Source: Verrucomicrobiota bacterium (lineage in GTDB: Bacteria > Verrucomicrobiota > Verrucomicrobiia > Verrucomicrobiales > DEV007). Taken from it: 38,844 bases of DNA. The position numbers were made by a program, and so were the translations under genes. Below the pieces are notes generated by a model. It was given only the letters and a program-made list of their open reading frames with translations, made no database searches and had not been told where the DNA came from. Location of the stretch: contig JASFYY010000013.1 of the NCBI GenBank assembly GCA_045046875.1, forward strand, positions 1 to 38,844. The letters are read 5' to 3'. Positions 38,604-38,844 of this stretch are shown here, one piece after another. Position 1 is the stretch's first letter; each line of letters begins with the position of its first letter.

Positions 38604-38695
38604 ACCCGCTGTATCTGACCGGTTGAAGTGTGGGTGACAAAAAAACGGAGAGTGTCAGGGCTTTATTTATTTTAGCCCTGCATTCATTTTCCCGC

Positions 38696-38723
38696 TTGCA
38701 GAGCGGGATAAAGTCGCTAGTCT
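38696..38723 (+). promoter_or_regulatory. Putative promoter of the tRNA
   Basis: TTGCAG-16 bp-TAGTCT about 40 nt upstream of the tRNA. Confidence 0.4.
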
Positions 38724-38765
38724 AGCCAAGTGCTGCCGATTCTCAAATCGAGGATCGATCAAGCG

Positions 38766-38841
38766 GCCAGCTTAGCTCAGTTGGTAGAGCAGCTGATTTG
38801 TAATCAGCAGGTCAACGGTTCGAGCCCGTTAGCTGGCTCCA
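38766..38841 (+). tRNA. tRNA-Thr(TGT)
   Basis: 76-nt cloverleaf with acceptor GCCAGCT / AGCTGGC, anticodon arm GCTGA-TTTGTAA-TCAGC, GGTTCGAG T-loop and encoded CCA. Confidence 0.97.
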
Positions 38842-38844
38842 TTT

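Noticed and set aside
38766..38844. tRNA-Thr as an island attachment site
   Set aside because: The window ends 3 nt after the CCA, and I found no copy of its 3' end in the window.

Overview
This is a bacterial chromosome segment of moderately high GC. The gene style suggests a Verrucomicrobiota/PVC-like organism, which is inference only. The housekeeping backbone comprises a nitroreductase, a DUF456-like protein, RNase P RNA (rnpB), a SAF-domain oxidoreductase/FAD oxidoreductase/AsnB trio, a ROK kinase, coaX, leuS, sufE, a GT2, leuCD, cysHCDN, yebC, nfeD-flotillin, an RND pump and tRNA-Thr(TGT). Three accessory features stand out. (1) Positions 1-1930 are the decaying distal end of an AT-rich integron cassette array with four GTTGTGC core sites and three complete attC-like sites; no integrase lies in the window. 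(2) A small antitoxin/RelE-like toxin islet plus REP-like hairpins follows rnpB and is bracketed by an 18/21 direct repeat of the rnpB 3' end. (3) A diverged second copy of 21 codons from the LeuS C-terminal domain starts at the leuS stop, fused to a broken mazE-mazF pair and followed by an AAA_14/DUF4143-type ATPase whose predicted leaderless promoter lies in a perfect 22-bp inverted repeat. Items 2 and 3 suggest that toxin-antitoxin cargo accumulates at duplicated 3' ends of essential genes. All family assignments come from recognising motifs by eye; no searches were run.
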